Assembly (NCBI RefSeq): GCF_964355755.1
Contig: NC_092670.1
Span: forward strand, 2,966,201 to 3,030,200
From: Antedon mediterranea
Lineage: Eukaryota; Animalia; Echinodermata
Length of the DNA: 64,000 nucleotides
Direction: 5' to 3'
The notes under the pieces were generated by a model that worked only from the letters and a program-made list of their open reading frames with translations, was not told where the DNA came from and ran no database searches. A program made the position numbers and the translations under genes. Below, piece after piece: positions 46,751-61,552 of the stretch (its first letter is position 1; every line of letters begins with the position of its first letter).

Positions 46751-49700
46751 TAGTGTAGGCTGGTATGTCGTTTATATGAATGTCGTGTATATTTTTTGTT
46801 AAAAGCAAACTTTGACTTTATTTCATATCTTGATAATATAAGGAATGAAAAAAAATATGTTGCCATTTTTTCAAAAGACCTTTAAAGGACCAAATTCAAG
46901 ATGGCCGCCAACATTCAAATAACCCTATTAAAAATCAGAATATCACCAATAATACAAATTATGAATGTGGAACAAGTCCGTTTTGATGGTATTACTGTAC
47001 CCATTATACAATCCTAACTATGTAAAGCGATAATCTGTCGGCCATCTTGGATTTCAAAATGGCCGCCACTAAAAATTAAATTCTTTAAATAATATTTTTT
47101 AAATGTGTGCATAAATTGTTGTTTGTACACAATGTTCTAAAATTGTTGTCACTTCTCACAGGATTGTAAACTGTAAATATAAGGCTAAAGTTGTCAATGT
47201 CCTGTATAACAGATATATAATACCCCACTATGACTATTAAATTAAATAATCGTTCAAAGTTGGAGTTGCAAAAGTATGGAAAAAATTAACAATTTATATC
47301 AAATATTCAACATCAATTACGTCTAACTAGAGGGTTAGACCTCTAGTTCGCTCGCTCCCCTCTAGGAAGTGTAAACGAAGGTTCTCGGAAGGATAATGAC
47401 TCGGGTAAAAATGTTTTAGAAGGACGTTCTCCTTGTACGTTTTCTGTCGGTTACCATTATTGAAAATGCTTGACATTCGAAAAACTAAACCTACTCTGTT
47501 TCACAGTGTCTTAGATGATTAATAACATTTTAAAGTATAGTGTTTATTGTTTAATAGGGCGGAGGTGGGGAGGCAGAGTTCATTTGAGGGAGATGTAGTT
47601 TTTTAGTTTTAATAATATCGTAAAATTTATAATCAAATAAAATCCTCTAAAAGATATGAAAAGTGGTAAAAAATTATAATAAATGCTTGGTAAATTATAG
47701 TTAACAGTGTAATGAATTCTATTATAAATAGTATATACAATATTGTGTGTATAATTAATGTAGATGGGCGTTTATTAGATAGTTGGGTAGGTGGGGGGGG
47801 GGGTGTAGGCGATTATTATTCAAAGTGATGTTTTATTGGGAGGCGTTTATTCAAATAAATACCATCATAATACATTATTTCATTTAAACATCTTTTAAAA
47901 CTAACTTCCGCGACAGTGTAGGCCGTTTCGGCCCAAGAAGGAAGATGTTTTTAGACTGCTTGCAATATGAGCCCTAATGGGACACAGATAGCCTACAGTT
48001 ATTCCTGCCAGCTTACTCAATAAAACTCGGCTATCGGGATTTTATTTTTTAACTACTGTACCTTCACACGCGCGGTCCGATCCGAAAATAAACAAAAAAC
48101 TAAAATAGCTATAGCCACTAACGACCAACTTAACTGAAACCAGGTAGTTGCAAGGTGAACCTGTGAACTCATCGTGAACCTGGAAATTACTTTGACCGCG
48201 TACAATTGAAATTGAGTTGAAAATCTACCGATGAATCAGAAATTTTGTTTTAAAACTCTTTATAATATATTCCTAAGATAGAAATATGGAACAATATCGT
48301 AATAGTGAAAACTGTTTTACATTTCGCGGTACACCTGAGATAGTTCAGGTAGGTATCCAAGGCAGAAATTTGTTCCAAAGTTTTTCCATTGTGCTCGCCT
48401 ATGTCAGAATTAACCATAATTTATATATAGATTCTAAATTACAGATCTCATTTCTTTTCAGGAACCTGAAACTTGACAGGAGACAGGACCACAATATACA
48501 ACAAGTGCATTTATAACTTATTGTGAAATCCTATATAAATATGTTAAATAATAAATGCGTTATTGCTATGTAATTCAATGTCTGAACCTTCAGGGCCATA
48601 GTCACCAGTATGGTTGGTAAGTTTTCAACCTGTCAACTTTTGGCAGAAGCTTGAAGGAAATACAGATACACCTCTGCCTATAAATAACCTTGTAAATGAA
48701 TGAACTCCTACTTCTCATCTTCTACAATCTCAACCAATTTCATTAGATATGTACCCCCTACAGACAGACCAGCATTATACACTGGGTTGATGAGTGCACA
48801 TGGTTGTGGTATAAAAACTCATGTACTAGGGAAAGACAAGAATGCCTGGTGATGATTCTTGCCCAAGATGAGTGGAGGTGGACAGAGATGACATCAAAAA
48901 GCAATTAGTATGTCGACCCGGTGAACTATATGGCTTTTGGACATGTAGCATTGTGAGAATAGTGTTGAGGCAGGTGCTTTTGTTGAAACTGAACTTGTAT
49001 TACCTATACAACCAGTGACACAAATCGGGACACAAATATCTTAAATGGAAAACATCTGTAAAGGACAAAACCACACTAATTCTGCTTTCTCTCTACAACT
49101 TGCTTCTACAAATGCAGACGGAGAAAGAGATTCTAAGTTAAGTATGTATATGAGAGGACATGTATGTGTGGGACTTGCTGGATTTACACCAATTGATCAG
49201 GGTCATTGAGCATGGTATCATTGGAATAACACAAATTAATGATTTCATCAGAGCTGGCAAATCTAGTTAACATTTAAAGAGAGATGATATCCCGGTTAAT
49301 GAAGAATGCTGCAATTCGCACAAAGGTGTTTGTTGGCCATGGCATGATGAAATTGGACAGAAAATGTTTGAGGCATTGGTAAAAGTCTTGTAGAAGGCAA
49401 ACTGTCTATATGGGATCCTAAGAAAAAGACGAATATTGGCAAAAAAATATATATGACGGTGAATACAGGTGACAAACTTATCAAAGTAAAAGAAGACTCC
49501 TATAGAGATTATTTGCCGGTGAAATGAGGTCTTTCAGTTATTTTGCCAATTTGTTTCTGAACAAGGTTGTTGGGAACGGAGATCAGTCTGTGGAAGTTTG
49601 ATGGATACAGTAGTAGAGAACGAAGGAAGGTCAACTTACTGTATCGCATTCAAGATTAGAAATATTTCATTGAAGGACTTTGGCAGAGTTAGTTGTCATT

Positions 49701-52196
49701 TAGGCCTAACTGAAGAAGTTTATGAGATGTAGGCGATTATTATTCAAAGTGATGTTTTATTGGGAGGCGTTTATTCAAATAAATACCATCATAATACATT
49801 ATTTCATTTAAACATCTTTTAAAACTAACTTCCGCGACAGTGTAGGCCGTTTCGGCCCAAGAAGGAAGATGTTTTTAGACTGCTTGCAATATGAGCCCTA
49901 ATGGGACACAGATAGCCTACAGTTATTCCTGCCAGCTTACTCAATAAAACTCGGCTATCGGGATTTTATTTTTTAACTACTGTACCTTCACACGCGCGGT
50001 CCGATCCGAAAATAAACAAAAAACTAAAATAGCTATAGCCACTAACGACCAACTTAACTGAAACCAGGTAGTTGCAAGGTGAACCTGTGAACTCATCGTG
50101 AACCTGGAAATTACTTTGACCGCGTACAATTGAAATTGAGTTGAAAATCTACCGATGAATCAGAAATTTTGTTTTAAAACTCTTTATAATATTATTCCTA
50201 AGATAGAAATATGGAACAATATCGTAATAGTGAAAACTGTTTTACATTTCGCGGTACACCTGAGATAGTTCAGGTAGGTATCCAAGGCAGAAATTTGTTC
50301 CAAAGTTTTTCCATTGTGCTCGCCTATGTCAGAATTAACCATAATTTATATATAGATTCTAAATTACAGATCTCATTTCTTTTCAGGAACCTGAAACTTG
50401 ACAGGAGACAGGACCACAATATACAACAAGTGCATTTATAACTTATTGTGAAATCCTATATAAATATGTTAAATAATAAATGCGTTATTGCTATGTAATT
50501 CAATGTCTGAACCTTCAGGGCCATAGTCACCAGTATGGTTGGTAAGTTTTCAACCTGTCAACTTTTGGCAGAAGCTTGAAGGAAATACAGATACACCTCT
50601 GCCTATAAATAACCTTGTAAATGAATGAACTCCTACTTCTCATCTTCTACAATCTCAACCAATTTCATTAGATATGTACCCCCTACAGACAGACCAGCAT
50701 TATACACTGGGTTGATGAGTGCACATGGTTGTGGTATAAAAACTCATGTACTAGGGAAAGACAAGAATGCCTGGTGATGACTCTTGCCCAAGATGAGTGG
50801 AGGTGGACAGAGATGACATCAAAAAGCAATTAGTATGTCGACCCGGTGAACTATATGGCTTTTGGACATGTAGCATTGTGAGAATAGTGTTGAGGCAGGT
50901 GCTTTTGTTGAAACTGAACTTGTATTACCTATACAACCAGTGACACAAATCGGGACACAAATATCTTAAATGGAAAACATCTGTAAAGGACAAAACCACA
51001 CTAATTCTGCTTTCTCTCTACAACTTGCTTCTACAAATGCAGACGGAGAAAGAGATTCTAAGTTAAGTATGTATATGAGAGGACATGTATGTGTGGGACT
51101 TGCTGGATTTACACCAATTGATCAGGGTCATTGAGCATGGTATCATTGGAATAACACAAATTAATGATTTCATCAGAGCTGGCAAATCTAGTTAACATTT
51201 AAAGAGAGATGATATCCCGGTTAATGAAGAATGCTGCAATTCGCACAAAGGTGTTTGTTGGCCATGGCATGATGAAATTGGACAGAAAATGTTTGAGGCA
51301 TTGGTAAAAGTCTTGTAGAAGGCAAACTGTCTATATGGGATCCTAAGAAAAAGACGAATATTGGCAAAAAAATATATATGACGGTGAATACAGGTGACAA
51401 ACTTATCAAAGTAAAAGAAGACTCCTATAGAGATTATGAAATGAGGTCTTTCAGTTATTTTGCCAATTTGTTTCTGAACAAGGTTGTTGGGAACGGAGAT
51501 CAGTCTGTGGAAGTTTGATGGATACAGTAGTAGAGAACGAAGGAAGGTCAACTTACTGTATCGCATTCAAGATTAGAAATATTTCATTGAAGGACTTTGG
51601 CAGAGTTAGTTGTCATTTAGGCCTAACTGAAGAAGTTTATGAGATGTTTTAATATGAAGAAGTGTACAGTCAGTACTATAGACCTCCTGATGGTCAACAT
51701 TTTGTGTTAATCACCATGTTGTTGTCATAAGCATATCATTTTGTATATTTCAATCTAATTTTATTTAACAAGTTTTAATAAGAAATTTAACCCATTTAAA
51801 AAAAAATGTTGTTTTATTTGATTTTATGTGATTTCAATCAACGTCATAACTTGCACATGTTTTAATAAGAAATTTAATCCATTTTTAAAAAATGGCGGCC
51901 ATTTTGAAATTCAAAATGTCAGAATACTAATGAATATAGGTTTATAATAATTCTTATATAGCAGAGAACCCATATGAACTTAAAATATTATTCATAATGG
52001 GTGTTACTTTGTCCAATATGGTACATTTATTGGATATTTTACGTATTGGCGGCCATCTTGGATTTGACACCCTTAAGCTTTTTTAAAAAAATGGCAACAT
52101 ATTTTTTTCATTACTTTACATCCTAAAGACACTAAATCAGCTGGAATTTTGCTTTTAACAAAAAAATGACACGAAATTACATAGTGGCCTACACTA
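46751..52196 (+). mobile_element. Academ DNA transposon derivative with decayed transposase
   Basis: 3-bp TSD GTA; long imperfect TIRs TAGTGTAGGC...GCCTACACTA with CAAGATGGCCGCC motifs; remnants GIIGITQ and EIGQKMFEALVKSLVEGKLSIWDPKKK. Confidence 0.75.
47804..51647. repeat. Near-identical tandem duplication, period 1924 bp
   Basis: Units start at 47804 and 49728 with TGT microhomology at the junction; differences seen were an 8-bp indel, a 1-bp indel and a substitution. Confidence 0.97.
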
Positions 52197-52499
52197 GTAA
52201 TTTAAAGCAAAAAATGGCCAAATTGGCTGCCAGCCAGTGGGTTTTTGGTTGAATTTAACCATTTATTTAATCAATTTGTAGGTGAAAACATTTTTTTTTT
52301 CTATATGGAACTGATTAACTTTTTTAAAACCACAAAATAACATATTCAAAGTCTGATTTAATTAACCTTTTTTTTTCATGTTTTTGGGGGACAATACATC
52401 TTTAATAGGTCAAACCCCTTTATGTTTTTTTTTGTTTTAGCTGAAAGTGATTTTTTACACTAATACATTCAAAGCTTTAGATTTAGATCTTAAATTTTG

Positions 52500-53340
52500 T
52501 TTGATACTTTCACTTTACTTTGGAAAATACATCAACATTCATCTTGTTTTTGCTTATGTCACTAATTTCTTAGATCAAAACCAATATAATAAGATATATG
52601 TAGCTACATGTACATTTTTATTTCATTTTTAATCAATTCAAAACAAGATTCAATTTAAAAACTTCAGCAAACACCATTACAAATACTCCTAAAACTACTA
52701 GAATACATTTAATTAGAATATCATTAATTAAAATATAGGAAATACTGATTTATGATTAGATATCAATTTGATTTTATTAATTAAAAAGCAATAATAATAA
52801 TTCAATTCAAATTCAATTACTTTCACTTTACCTTGGAAAATAGATAAACATTCATCTTGTGTTGCTTATGTCACTAATTTCTATAAAAACCAATATAATA
52901 AGATATATAATATGTAGGCCTACATTCATTGTAAGTGTTTATTTCATTTTTAATCATTTCAAAACGAGATTCAATTTAAGAACTTCAGCAAATATTAGAT
53001 TAAAACACTACTAATTATTAATGAAAATATAGGAAATACTGATTTATGATTAGATATCAATTTGTTATTATTATATTAAAACAATAATAATGTTACTATT
53101 ATGTATGTATTAGCATAGTTTTAAATAATAAAATAAGATTTTTTTACAGAATGAATTGATTAAATTATTTGGTATTACTATAATATTTAAAAATGATTAA
53201 TAATAAAACATCCATTGTTACTAACTAATAAAAAATTCCCAAAAAAATAAATTACAGTTGATATGACAATATATTTTATTATTGATGTTATAAAATGTGG
53301 ATTATTATAATAAATAATCATTTAATGATAAGGCAAAATT
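52500..53340. repeat. FReD 3'-flank paralogous to about 10040-10600, locally duplicated
   Basis: aacattcatcttgt..gcttatgtcactaatttct..aaaaccaatataataagatatat at about 10073, 52533 and 52847. Confidence 0.85.
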
Positions 53341-53903
53341 TTACTTAATAATTAGTAGTTTATTTTTTAATTAATTTATATCCAATATTACTTTGCAAAA
53401 TTCCAAAATAAAAGATTGAATGAATGAATTATAAAGAATATAACCATTTAACACCAGATAACCTTTTAATTAAATTAGTAAAACTAAAATAAATACCAAT
53501 ATTATGATTTACTAAACATTATAACACATCCAAGTACAGTAGTATCTTTTAATAATAATGAAATTTGATATTAATATGTAGTATTATATAGTGGCATATA
53601 TTTTTAACAATTCTGACAATACTATAATTATTATTTAATAAATTATCGTAATCATAAACTTATGTACTGTATGTGATTAAATTAAGATACTGTATATTCA
53701 AATTAATTTTATTTCGTCATTATGTTATTAAACCAAGGTTTTATTATTCATTTAAAATAATTAATATAACACAAAAAGTATGATAACAAAACATGATTTT
53801 TGATCTCACTGCATCTTTAATAAAATCAATATTTTTCCATTTTTTATATTTATGAGCCAAATTAAAGTCAAATTACTAAAGTTATAATTTAATTAAAATT
53901 TTC

Positions 53904-54148
53904 TTATGGTGCTCTTTTAACCATCATCAATGTCTTCTTGAGACTGACAACATGCAAATGATACCAGTAGATGCCTGACCAATCACCTGTACCTGGTGTA
54001 AGGTAAAGCCCATTCAGGTTTGAATACTGACAGCTATAGTACCACCAACCACCTTTGTGTTGCTCAGCACAGTTACCACTGTACTTATCATTGTCTCTGT
54101 CTTTGGTTGTAAATTGTTGACCATTGTGGCGGAATGCCAAAGAATTAC
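53904..54148 (-). CDS. FReD gene copy 2, last exon
   Basis: GNSLAFRHNGQQFTTKDRDNDKYSGNCA..GGWWYYSCQYSNLNGLY..KRAP*; acceptor tttag at 54149. Confidence 0.92.
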
Positions 54149-55100
54149 CTAAACAAACAAAACATATCATCTTTAGTTTACTTCATATATCTTTAAATTA
54201 AAATTCATTTTAAATATTTGTTTTTCTTTGTATTAAAAATAAAATAAAAGGTATTTGATATAAAAGGGAAAATAGAAATAATAAAATATCCTATAATTTG
54301 TAATTTATTAACATATTTAATTTTTTTTGTCAAATTGCCATACATTAAATCATAAACACAATTTAGGTCTATAAATAGTATTTTTTATTATTTAATTACA
54401 TTTAATTTGTTTTTAATTTCACTGTGTTTTGTCTGATTTTACCAAAAAAATTGTTTTGGGTAGAAAATTCTATAATTCTGTAGTTACTGGCAGTAATTAT
54501 ATTTTACTCACTCTTTAACCTGTTTGTGCAATTATTTAGCAAGCTTGTTTGGATATTAATTATACACATACTGTTGCCTCGACTTCCTCATAAATGCCTA
54601 CATTAAAACAAATGTAGTTGCTGAAGTAAAATGATCAAATGTCATTTGACCTTGAGAGTTGTTCCATTACAGAATAGATAAGTTGTACCATGAGTGCATT
54701 TGAACATTTTAATGTTGTTAGATTTGTTTCAGGCCTATAAGAAAGAATTTTGAAGTGGGAAGGCCATCCAACAATTTACATTATAGACAATTTAGATTAT
54801 AATAATAGGTTAGATTATAATATCATTATTATAACTGTTTTGTTCTATTTTTCAGATGTTTTTAGGAGCTTTTCTTAACGTTGGTCCAACTTTTTTCAGC
54901 TTTAGTATGTTGCATAATACACTGTACATTTTATATGCCGTTATTTTTGCAATGGTTTAATTTTCGCAAATTTTGGGTTGAATGTAAACAACATGCAAAC
55001 CGAAAAAAGCTACAGATTCTTATGGTACTGTCTCAGTACTGCAGCAGTGATCGACACTTTTGCAGTTATGATTGAAAATGTTCATCTGGTTTGTAGGTAT

Positions 55101-55187
55101 AAGTATCTTGAAAATATTCTTTTTTTCAAACCAATAATTAGTAAAAACTAATTATTGGTTTGAAAAAAGAATATTTTCAAGATACTT
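55101..55187. repeat. Near-perfect inverted repeat (about 41-bp arms, 4-nt loop) in a FReD intron
   Basis: aagtatcttgaaaatattctttttttcaaaccaataattagt-aaaa-actaattattggtttgaaaaaagaatattttcaagatactt. Confidence 0.9.
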
Positions 55188-56018
55188 TTGCAGTTAGTTT
55201 ATTGGAAGTTTTGTGAATATAAAAAGGATTAAACAAATATAGAAACATTTGTTTTTAATTTACTACTGTAGTACTGTGAATACGGAATGTAGGCTAGACC
55301 TTAAGGCCCACTGTATGGGCCTCAGCTATAATAATAGGATGTTAATATGATAGCTCGTGTCGACACTTTTATACTTTACTTTAGGCCTAGACTAAAATGA
55401 AATCTGTGAAAATATCAATACGCGAAAACGTCAAGAAAGTAGTTAAGCGAATCATTCTGTATGCGAAAATATTTCCATTTACAGTATTCATTTGAAATCA
55501 GTTTCTTTTATTTCTAACCTAAATAAGTTCCAAATACCTTGGTGAAATTTGATTTCTATCTTTTTACTTGATGTTTTCTACAATATTTGCAAATAGATTA
55601 ATATGTAAACAAATTCATTAAACAAACGTGTTCCCACTGGAGAGTTATATTGATTAGAAAACACTAGAAAATTGTCAACTTGAATAATAATACTATTACA
55701 TTTTAACATGGGTTCCTCATTTATCTATGTTCTATTTCATGCTACAAATTATTACCCTAAACTTTAGGAACCTTGGGTACAGTACATGTTTTAGGTTCTG
55801 TCCCAGTCAATGTCCTTATCATTTATTTAAGCAGTTGTAATTCTAAACATTAATTTTATTATACACTTCAAATGTGATAAATAAAATAAAAACATACAGT
55901 ATGTGAGTAGTTCATAGACTATTTTTACTGCAACTTACAAAGAGTGTAGGAGTGCTAAAAGTATCAATGTTAATTCTTTGTTTACTTTCTTCAGATAAAA
56001 TTGATTGAATATACTAAC

Positions 56019-56280
56019 CTGCAGTTCCTGTGTATCCACTGATTGTCAAAACATAGTTAGAGTCCTCAGTACCAACATGGAATTGGGAATATTTTGCAAA
56101 CTTTGTTACATTCAAGTGATCTGTCATTTCTACCATTAGCTCAAAATTTCCATCAGCTGTTAAACGGTTGATTTGTTCATTACCAAGCCAGAACTCTGTG
56201 TTCACATTTCCAAAACCCTCTTTGTATTCTTTCCAATTACGGTAGAAATCAACTGATCCATCTTGTCTTCTCTGTATCAC
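56019..56280 (-). CDS. FReD gene copy 2, internal exon
   Basis: VIQRRQDGSVDFYRNWKEYKEGFG..EFWLGNE..GYTGTAG|gttag. Confidence 0.92.
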
Positions 56281-56690
56281 CTGATCATAAAAAGATTTAG
56301 TTATATATATACTCTAGCCTACTTTACTGAACAAGCATAAATAGAACTGAATGAAATGAGAACCTGGTCAGTATTATTACGATTAAAGTACACTAAGTCA
56401 ATAGTGTATCATTTGACTACACTTAAGTTGCTTCTTGGTGCTTAGTATGCATGATTTGGAACATTAGTATAAATCATTGGCCTTTCAACTTAATTTTCTG
56501 TAACGTCGCACTGTTGCTGGTAAAGGCTTATCTCTCAAATCATTAACATTGTTCTCTATAATAAATGTTTTCTGTCCATGCTGATCCCTGGTAGTCCTTA
56601 TAGTAATGATCATGGATACATTTTGTTTTTGTTTGTGTGTTATAGAATAATTAATAAAGATGGGTTTACTCTTGATAACTGTTGTCTTAC

Positions 56691-56819
56691 CGTCCACTTT
56701 CCATCTTCCCTAATATCACAGTACACATTAATTTGTGGTCCTCCCTCACTTGGTTGTATCACATATTCACCACTCACAGGATAAAATTGTGAAATGTTGC
56801 CACAGTCCCCCATCAACCA
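56691..56819 (-). CDS. FReD gene copy 2, first FBG-domain exon
   Basis: ttttaaag|WLMGDCGNISQFYPVSGEYVIQPSEGGPQINVYCDIREDGKWT|gtaag. Confidence 0.88.
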
Positions 56820-57165
56820 CTTTAAAATGTATAAAGTTTGACGTGTGTTATGGTGGGAAAAACTCACTGATATTTTTTAGGCAAAATCAAGTGTTAGGAT
56901 ATACAAAATCATTCATAGTTTTGGCCTAATTTGTCATTATATTAAGGTCATTTTTCTATTCAATTTTTAGTTTTTAATGTGGCTGATCTGAATCATCATA
57001 TCTGAGTTACAACCATCCAATGGAACTCCTCCTCTTATTACTCTGATAGGTGTTAGCAAAGAATATAGGCCTCTATCTTTTGTTTTATTCACACATGAAA
57101 CAACTAAACCGCAAGATTGTATTTTAACTCTGATAGAAAAGAGTGTGTCTCTATAAAAGAATTGA

Positions 57166-57304
57166 CACTATCAAACTTTATGTGTCAAAAAAGTTTGATG
57201 TGCCCTTATATGGTAGTGCTATGCTTAAATATGTTAGTGATATGACATCATCATGTCCATATATGGGCACATCACATTTTTTGACACATACAGTTTGATA
57301 GTGT
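57166..57304. mobile_element. Small palindromic MITE
   Basis: acactatcaaact.tatgtgtcaaaaaa..tgatgtgccc / gggcacatca..ttttttgacacata.agtttgatagtgt. Confidence 0.7.
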
Positions 57305-60300
57305 AGACAAATCTTAAAGCTTAGATACAGGCATGAATTTTAAATATAATATCTGGTAATTTGTACATAAATCAAATATTTGCCAAAATTCTGCCATAAA
57401 AACTTTTTTTCAGTAGTTATGTAGTTTAACCTAATGTAATAACATGTCTGGTGACTCCCTAAAAGGTGAAAAAAGATGATGGATATACGGTGGATAATTT
57501 TTGCTATAGCATAAAAATAAAATTCTAAAATTGAATAAAAAAAAAAGTAAAATTCACGTTATATTACCTATATTTAGTCATCTGATAACATTTTTTACTA
57601 AACTGTTTATTTTTCATAGCTTTTTTTTAAAAATGCCTCTCTATTTACAAAATTTGTACTATCCCTACACTGATAAGAAAGTGCTTATTTTCAACAAGTT
57701 CGTGTAACACAAATAAAATGCCAAAAATAATGAAACATAGGGGAAACTATTGATCGATAATTATTGGAATGTATGATCAATAGAAATGTTTTGGCCGCAC
57801 CTTGCCTTTAAGTTTAATAATAATGTAAGAATCAATAATTTGAGAAGTTCTAGGTGACCAAGAAACACCATTAAATCCCTTGGTGGTAATCCCTATTGAT
57901 GCCTATAACATGTAATATCAAATACTGAGTCTATACATTTAGTAAAGCATTAAATTGGTTTGATTTTATTAGCTAATCAAGGTAAATGTACTGTAACACT
58001 ATCTTAAAAAGCAATTTCATTCGTTTATTTCATTTAATTTTATAAATATTTTTATAAACAAATATTTCTATTGTTACATAGAAAATAACAAGAAGAAAAA
58101 TACCATTAATAGTGGATTTTTACAAGACGTCAAACATTGTCACGTAAAACCTGGACAAATTAGCTAATTTCATTTTTTTTATTTCATTTAATTTTATAAA
58201 CAATTATTTCTATTAATGTTGCATAGAAAATAACAAATAACTAATTAAACCAAGAAGAAAATTACCATTAATAGTGGATTTTTACAAGAAGTCAAACATT
58301 GTCACGTAAAACACAAAACCAAAAAATAAGTAGAATTTAATATTTGTTACTTTGACGAATTATAAGACACCATTTTCATAATTTTACTGATAAAAAGAGA
58401 ATAAGATAATTGTTTTAGCAAGCATATAATAAAATTTGAGCGAAAATTGAGCACAGATAAGCGAAATGCACTCTTGAAGGTGATTATCTATGACAAAAGG
58501 TGAAAAAACTCTATTTTAAAAATTCATGTGGCCAAATGGTGACGTCATACCATTTTGTACGTCTAATATGCACATGAATTCATATTTACAACTCATTGGC
58601 TTTCGTAATAAGTTACACATTTTGAGGTCATCTTCCATTCTAAAGAGTATTTGCATTTTAAAAAGGGATGGAAAAGAAATTTGTCAGCACTTTTGGGCAC
58701 TTAATGTGTGCATATTGTCATTTTTAACGTGCTCGTATAGAGATATTTTATTTGTCTGTTGCACGACATTCTCTGGGATGATTGAGCTGTCATTGAAAAT
58801 AGTAACAATTAATATGTGCTATTCGTTTTTGTTTTTGGTTCACGTCAGATTACTAGTATTTGCCGGGGTTAGATTAGTTATTATTACTACTTTAACATTT
58901 AAATTATTAAACACCTTGTCAACTGTTGTGAGTTGTAAAAAATCCTAATTAGCATCATGCATAATGCATACTCGTGGTTTGAAATCTTTGGTTACTTTCG
59001 CTCGCGAAAATTTTCCAGACGAAATGCAATCAAATTAATTTACCTGTTAATTAGGTTAGGTTTTTGGGTCGAATTTTCGACTTTAACTGAATAACTTTAA
59101 TATTATTTTAATATGGCCAATTTAAATTTAGAATATTTGACCTTCATTTTTTTGTGTTTCAAGGGAAAATACATCTTTAATTATGTCAACAAACAACCAA
59201 ACAATCCTAGGCCTAGCAAGGCTATAACGCCTAGGCCTACCCTAATACTAACGGCATATGACCGTTTCGGCCACAGACAGTTTCAGCCACAACAGATTTC
59301 TATGGCGCGCCGCGCCGCCATTCACGCATATTTTAGACCGTGCTATTGTTTTTGCTATTAGTTATCGCATCTCATGCTTTGTTGTATAGTATTTTTTATG
59401 ACTATTACTACCATTACAGTGTTATCATTCTTAACGTTATTCCACTACAATTTGCATTTATTAGATTTGTTGTTTCCATTCCAGTTTAGTTGTATCATGG
59501 AGTCTTGGCGAAAAACAAATTTAACTATCAGTGACAGTTTAAATACTCTCTTAGTACAGACGGCGTATTAATAGTTTGGCTATGAAAAAAGAAATGCTAA
59601 GAAAAAAAAAAGAAATTTAATTAAAACGTTTTTCCTTCCATTGCTTAGGTGTAAAGAGGAATATCAGGAACTCACACATCAATAGAAGCAGAATCAAGAA
59701 GAAAATTAGTGATAAAAAAAAATAAATTAATAAAACTTTGTCGTCTTCATTTGATTAGTTTTTAATACAATACAGGAGTAATTCAATGTTTTATCATGGA
59801 GCTTAGGTCTTAAGAACACATGTGCCTAAATAAAACGAACATATCAGACTCAACATAAAAATAATAATTGAGTAATTTGCGGCGATACCGTATGCATTTA
59901 ACATATTTTGACATGCACAGAATAAATGAACATATCATATCATGTCAATAATATACAAACAAAATGAGTAATAATTCGGATAAAAATGCGACTAAGGATA
60001 ACATTTGTGTTGCGTTCAATACGAACGTCAGAGGAAGTCCCCAAACTAATTACTAGGCCTATTATCAACACTCCAGAAAAGAAAATATGAAAGAAATTTG
60101 CAGAAAGAAGCAATTAAACACTGTTATTTCAAAGTTCGGAACGCCCGTAATTACTACGGAAATTTGGCCCAATATTACGGACGTAGGGAAATGAAGATAA
60201 ATAGGGTACTACGGAAATACTTAAATGATGGGGAATCCCCGGCAAAATGCAATGACTACGGACAAATCAACGACCCATATGACGGGGTTTTCCATGTACC

Positions 60301-61552
60301 TTCTCATGACGCACACAGTCAGAAATTCATTCTGAGCCTGTTCAGAAACATATCTAAAAAATAAATTCTTCAATGCCTTAGCATCTTCTCTTGAGTAGTG
60401 GTGTTTTACTAATATTTCAAGTTCATTTTATTAGGTAAAATTTTACACGCAAAAACAAACGCACGCATTTCTATTAACATTTGTTTACCAGTGTTTCATT
60501 TACATCTTACAACATTCTAATTCTTAATAATTATATATTTTCCTCAATTGTTTCTTCCGATAAAATAAATCGTATTCTTAAAGCACTTTATAATAATAAT
60601 AATAATAATTATTATTATATATTATTAATTATATTAATTATTGGTTAATTAATTAGAGCCGACGACGTTAGCATATTGCCGTTTATCGTACATATTATTA
60701 CACATCGTTTTCTGCTTTGCGTACGTCGGAACAGTGATGATTAAACTTGATAGAAGTAAAAGTATTTTTCACCCTGCTGCTCTAGCCCGCTACGTCACAC
60801 GAGATGACTCATTCATTAGATGAAATCAAGCAGCTTTATAGTACTACACTTTGACATTTTTGTTAAAATGGAAACTCCACTATAATTTCACCTGTTGAAT
60901 CCAAAAAACGGCTGGGAAAAGAGTCGACAAATCCCAAAGCATTTCTGGTATTTATGAGTCCCATGATATTACTATAATTCGCTGTCAGATAATCATTGAA
61001 TTATTATCAAAACAGTCCATTGAAGTTTTTGTTTGTAATAGGATACTTGAAGTGACCCCAGACTTGACCTTAGCAATAACAATAAGTGAGCAGCGTTTTT
61101 TGTAAGAAATATTCTTGTTTTACATTGCAACGACAATGAATATAAAAAACAGGAAATGTACGTAATTTAGCTATTCTAGTTAGGTCTATTTTACCATCGC
61201 ATGTGGCTATCTCTATCTATACTAATTAAATCCTGGTAAATATCATTAAATATTTTTTAATATAAACTGAATATATGCATGTGATGCCAGATTACATTTT
61301 CAGTTTGTCCGATATCTTAATCTATGCATTTGTGCTAATGACATGATTGTGATATATTGCATATTAAGTCGAATAGGCCTATATTGGACTTAAGTTGCAA
61401 CCAATTGCCTTAAAGTTTAATTCAGAAGTAAATGATAAAACAATTTGCCATATTATGGCTGTAGCATTAGTTAACTCTGTAGTTGATGTATGTGTAATGG
61501 TTGTCGATCGTAATGCAAGACCGTTCGTGTTGGACGTGTCAAATTCACTTAC

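Larger units (their letters stand above)
46615..52401. mobile_element. Kolobok-type MITE hosting an Academ element
   Basis: TTAA|AGATGTATTGTCCCCC...GGGGGACAATACATCT|TTAA. Confidence 0.8.

Noticed and set aside
48286-51566. Duplicated small ORFs as a gene pair
   Set aside because: Identical only because of the tandem duplication; they lie in decayed Academ sequence.
59160-59181. Kolobok right end (GGGAAAATACATCT|TTAA)
   Set aside because: Matching left TIR not found, so the element cannot be bounded.
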